A stretch of DNA of 64,000 nucleotides from Paraspadella gotoi (Eukaryota; Animalia; Chaetognatha): positions 12,765,117 through 12,829,116 of the forward strand of contig CM119270.1 of NCBI GenBank assembly GCA_051294375.1. Reading direction: 5' to 3'. The notes beneath the pieces are model-generated. The model saw only the letters and a program-made list of their open reading frames with translations, ran no database searches and was not told the DNA's origin. Below, piece by piece: positions 63,734 to 64,000 of the stretch; position 1 is the stretch's first letter; each line of letters opens with the position of its first letter. The position numbers and the translations under genes are program-made.

Positions 63734-64000
63734 TCTTCAACATTGATCAATCACTTACAAAAAGTGTGTGGATTGAAGATATGAATCTAAAAATCCATTA
63801 TGAAATGGAAATTCCGGCTTCGTAGTTGGATATCCCGAGAAAGCGCGAGAAAATCGAGTTGTAGTAATTGAAGATTATTTTTCGTCTATATCTTAATTTT
63901 ATCTTATTTTGATCTAAGTTAACCTGTCCAGCAACTTAATTTCACTTTTCGCTTGAGTTCCTGCAAAATTTAAGACTAGATCTATCATTAAAAAACATAT

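Overview
Eukaryotic (probably invertebrate animal) draft-assembly window, rich in microsatellites, with N-gaps and long error-rich gap-fill sequence. Most listed ORFs are repeat or N artefacts. Two real genes are visible. (1) A + strand multi-exon extracellular-matrix gene: LDL-receptor class A exons, an Ig domain split over three exons, and a (PE)n / Ser-Gly-rich linker. This looks like a perlecan/trol-type proteoglycan and is incomplete in the window. (2) An uninterrupted 4.2 kb ORF on the - strand (59561-63733). It encodes a signal peptide, a Toll-like LRR ectodomain with LRRCT cap, one TM helix, a degenerate pseudokinase, an RNase L/IRE1-type KEN ribonuclease domain with the R-N-x3-H catalytic motif, and a possible ubiquitin-like C-terminus. 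This Toll-like receptor carrying an RNase L-like effector instead of TIR is the main finding. Three large inverted duplications and one tandem duplication are probably assembly or haplotype artefacts, but they expose copy-specific insertions (a 634 bp MITE with 8-bp TSD and a ~3 kb insert) and VNTR copy-number differences. All alignments were made by eye; no database searches were run.
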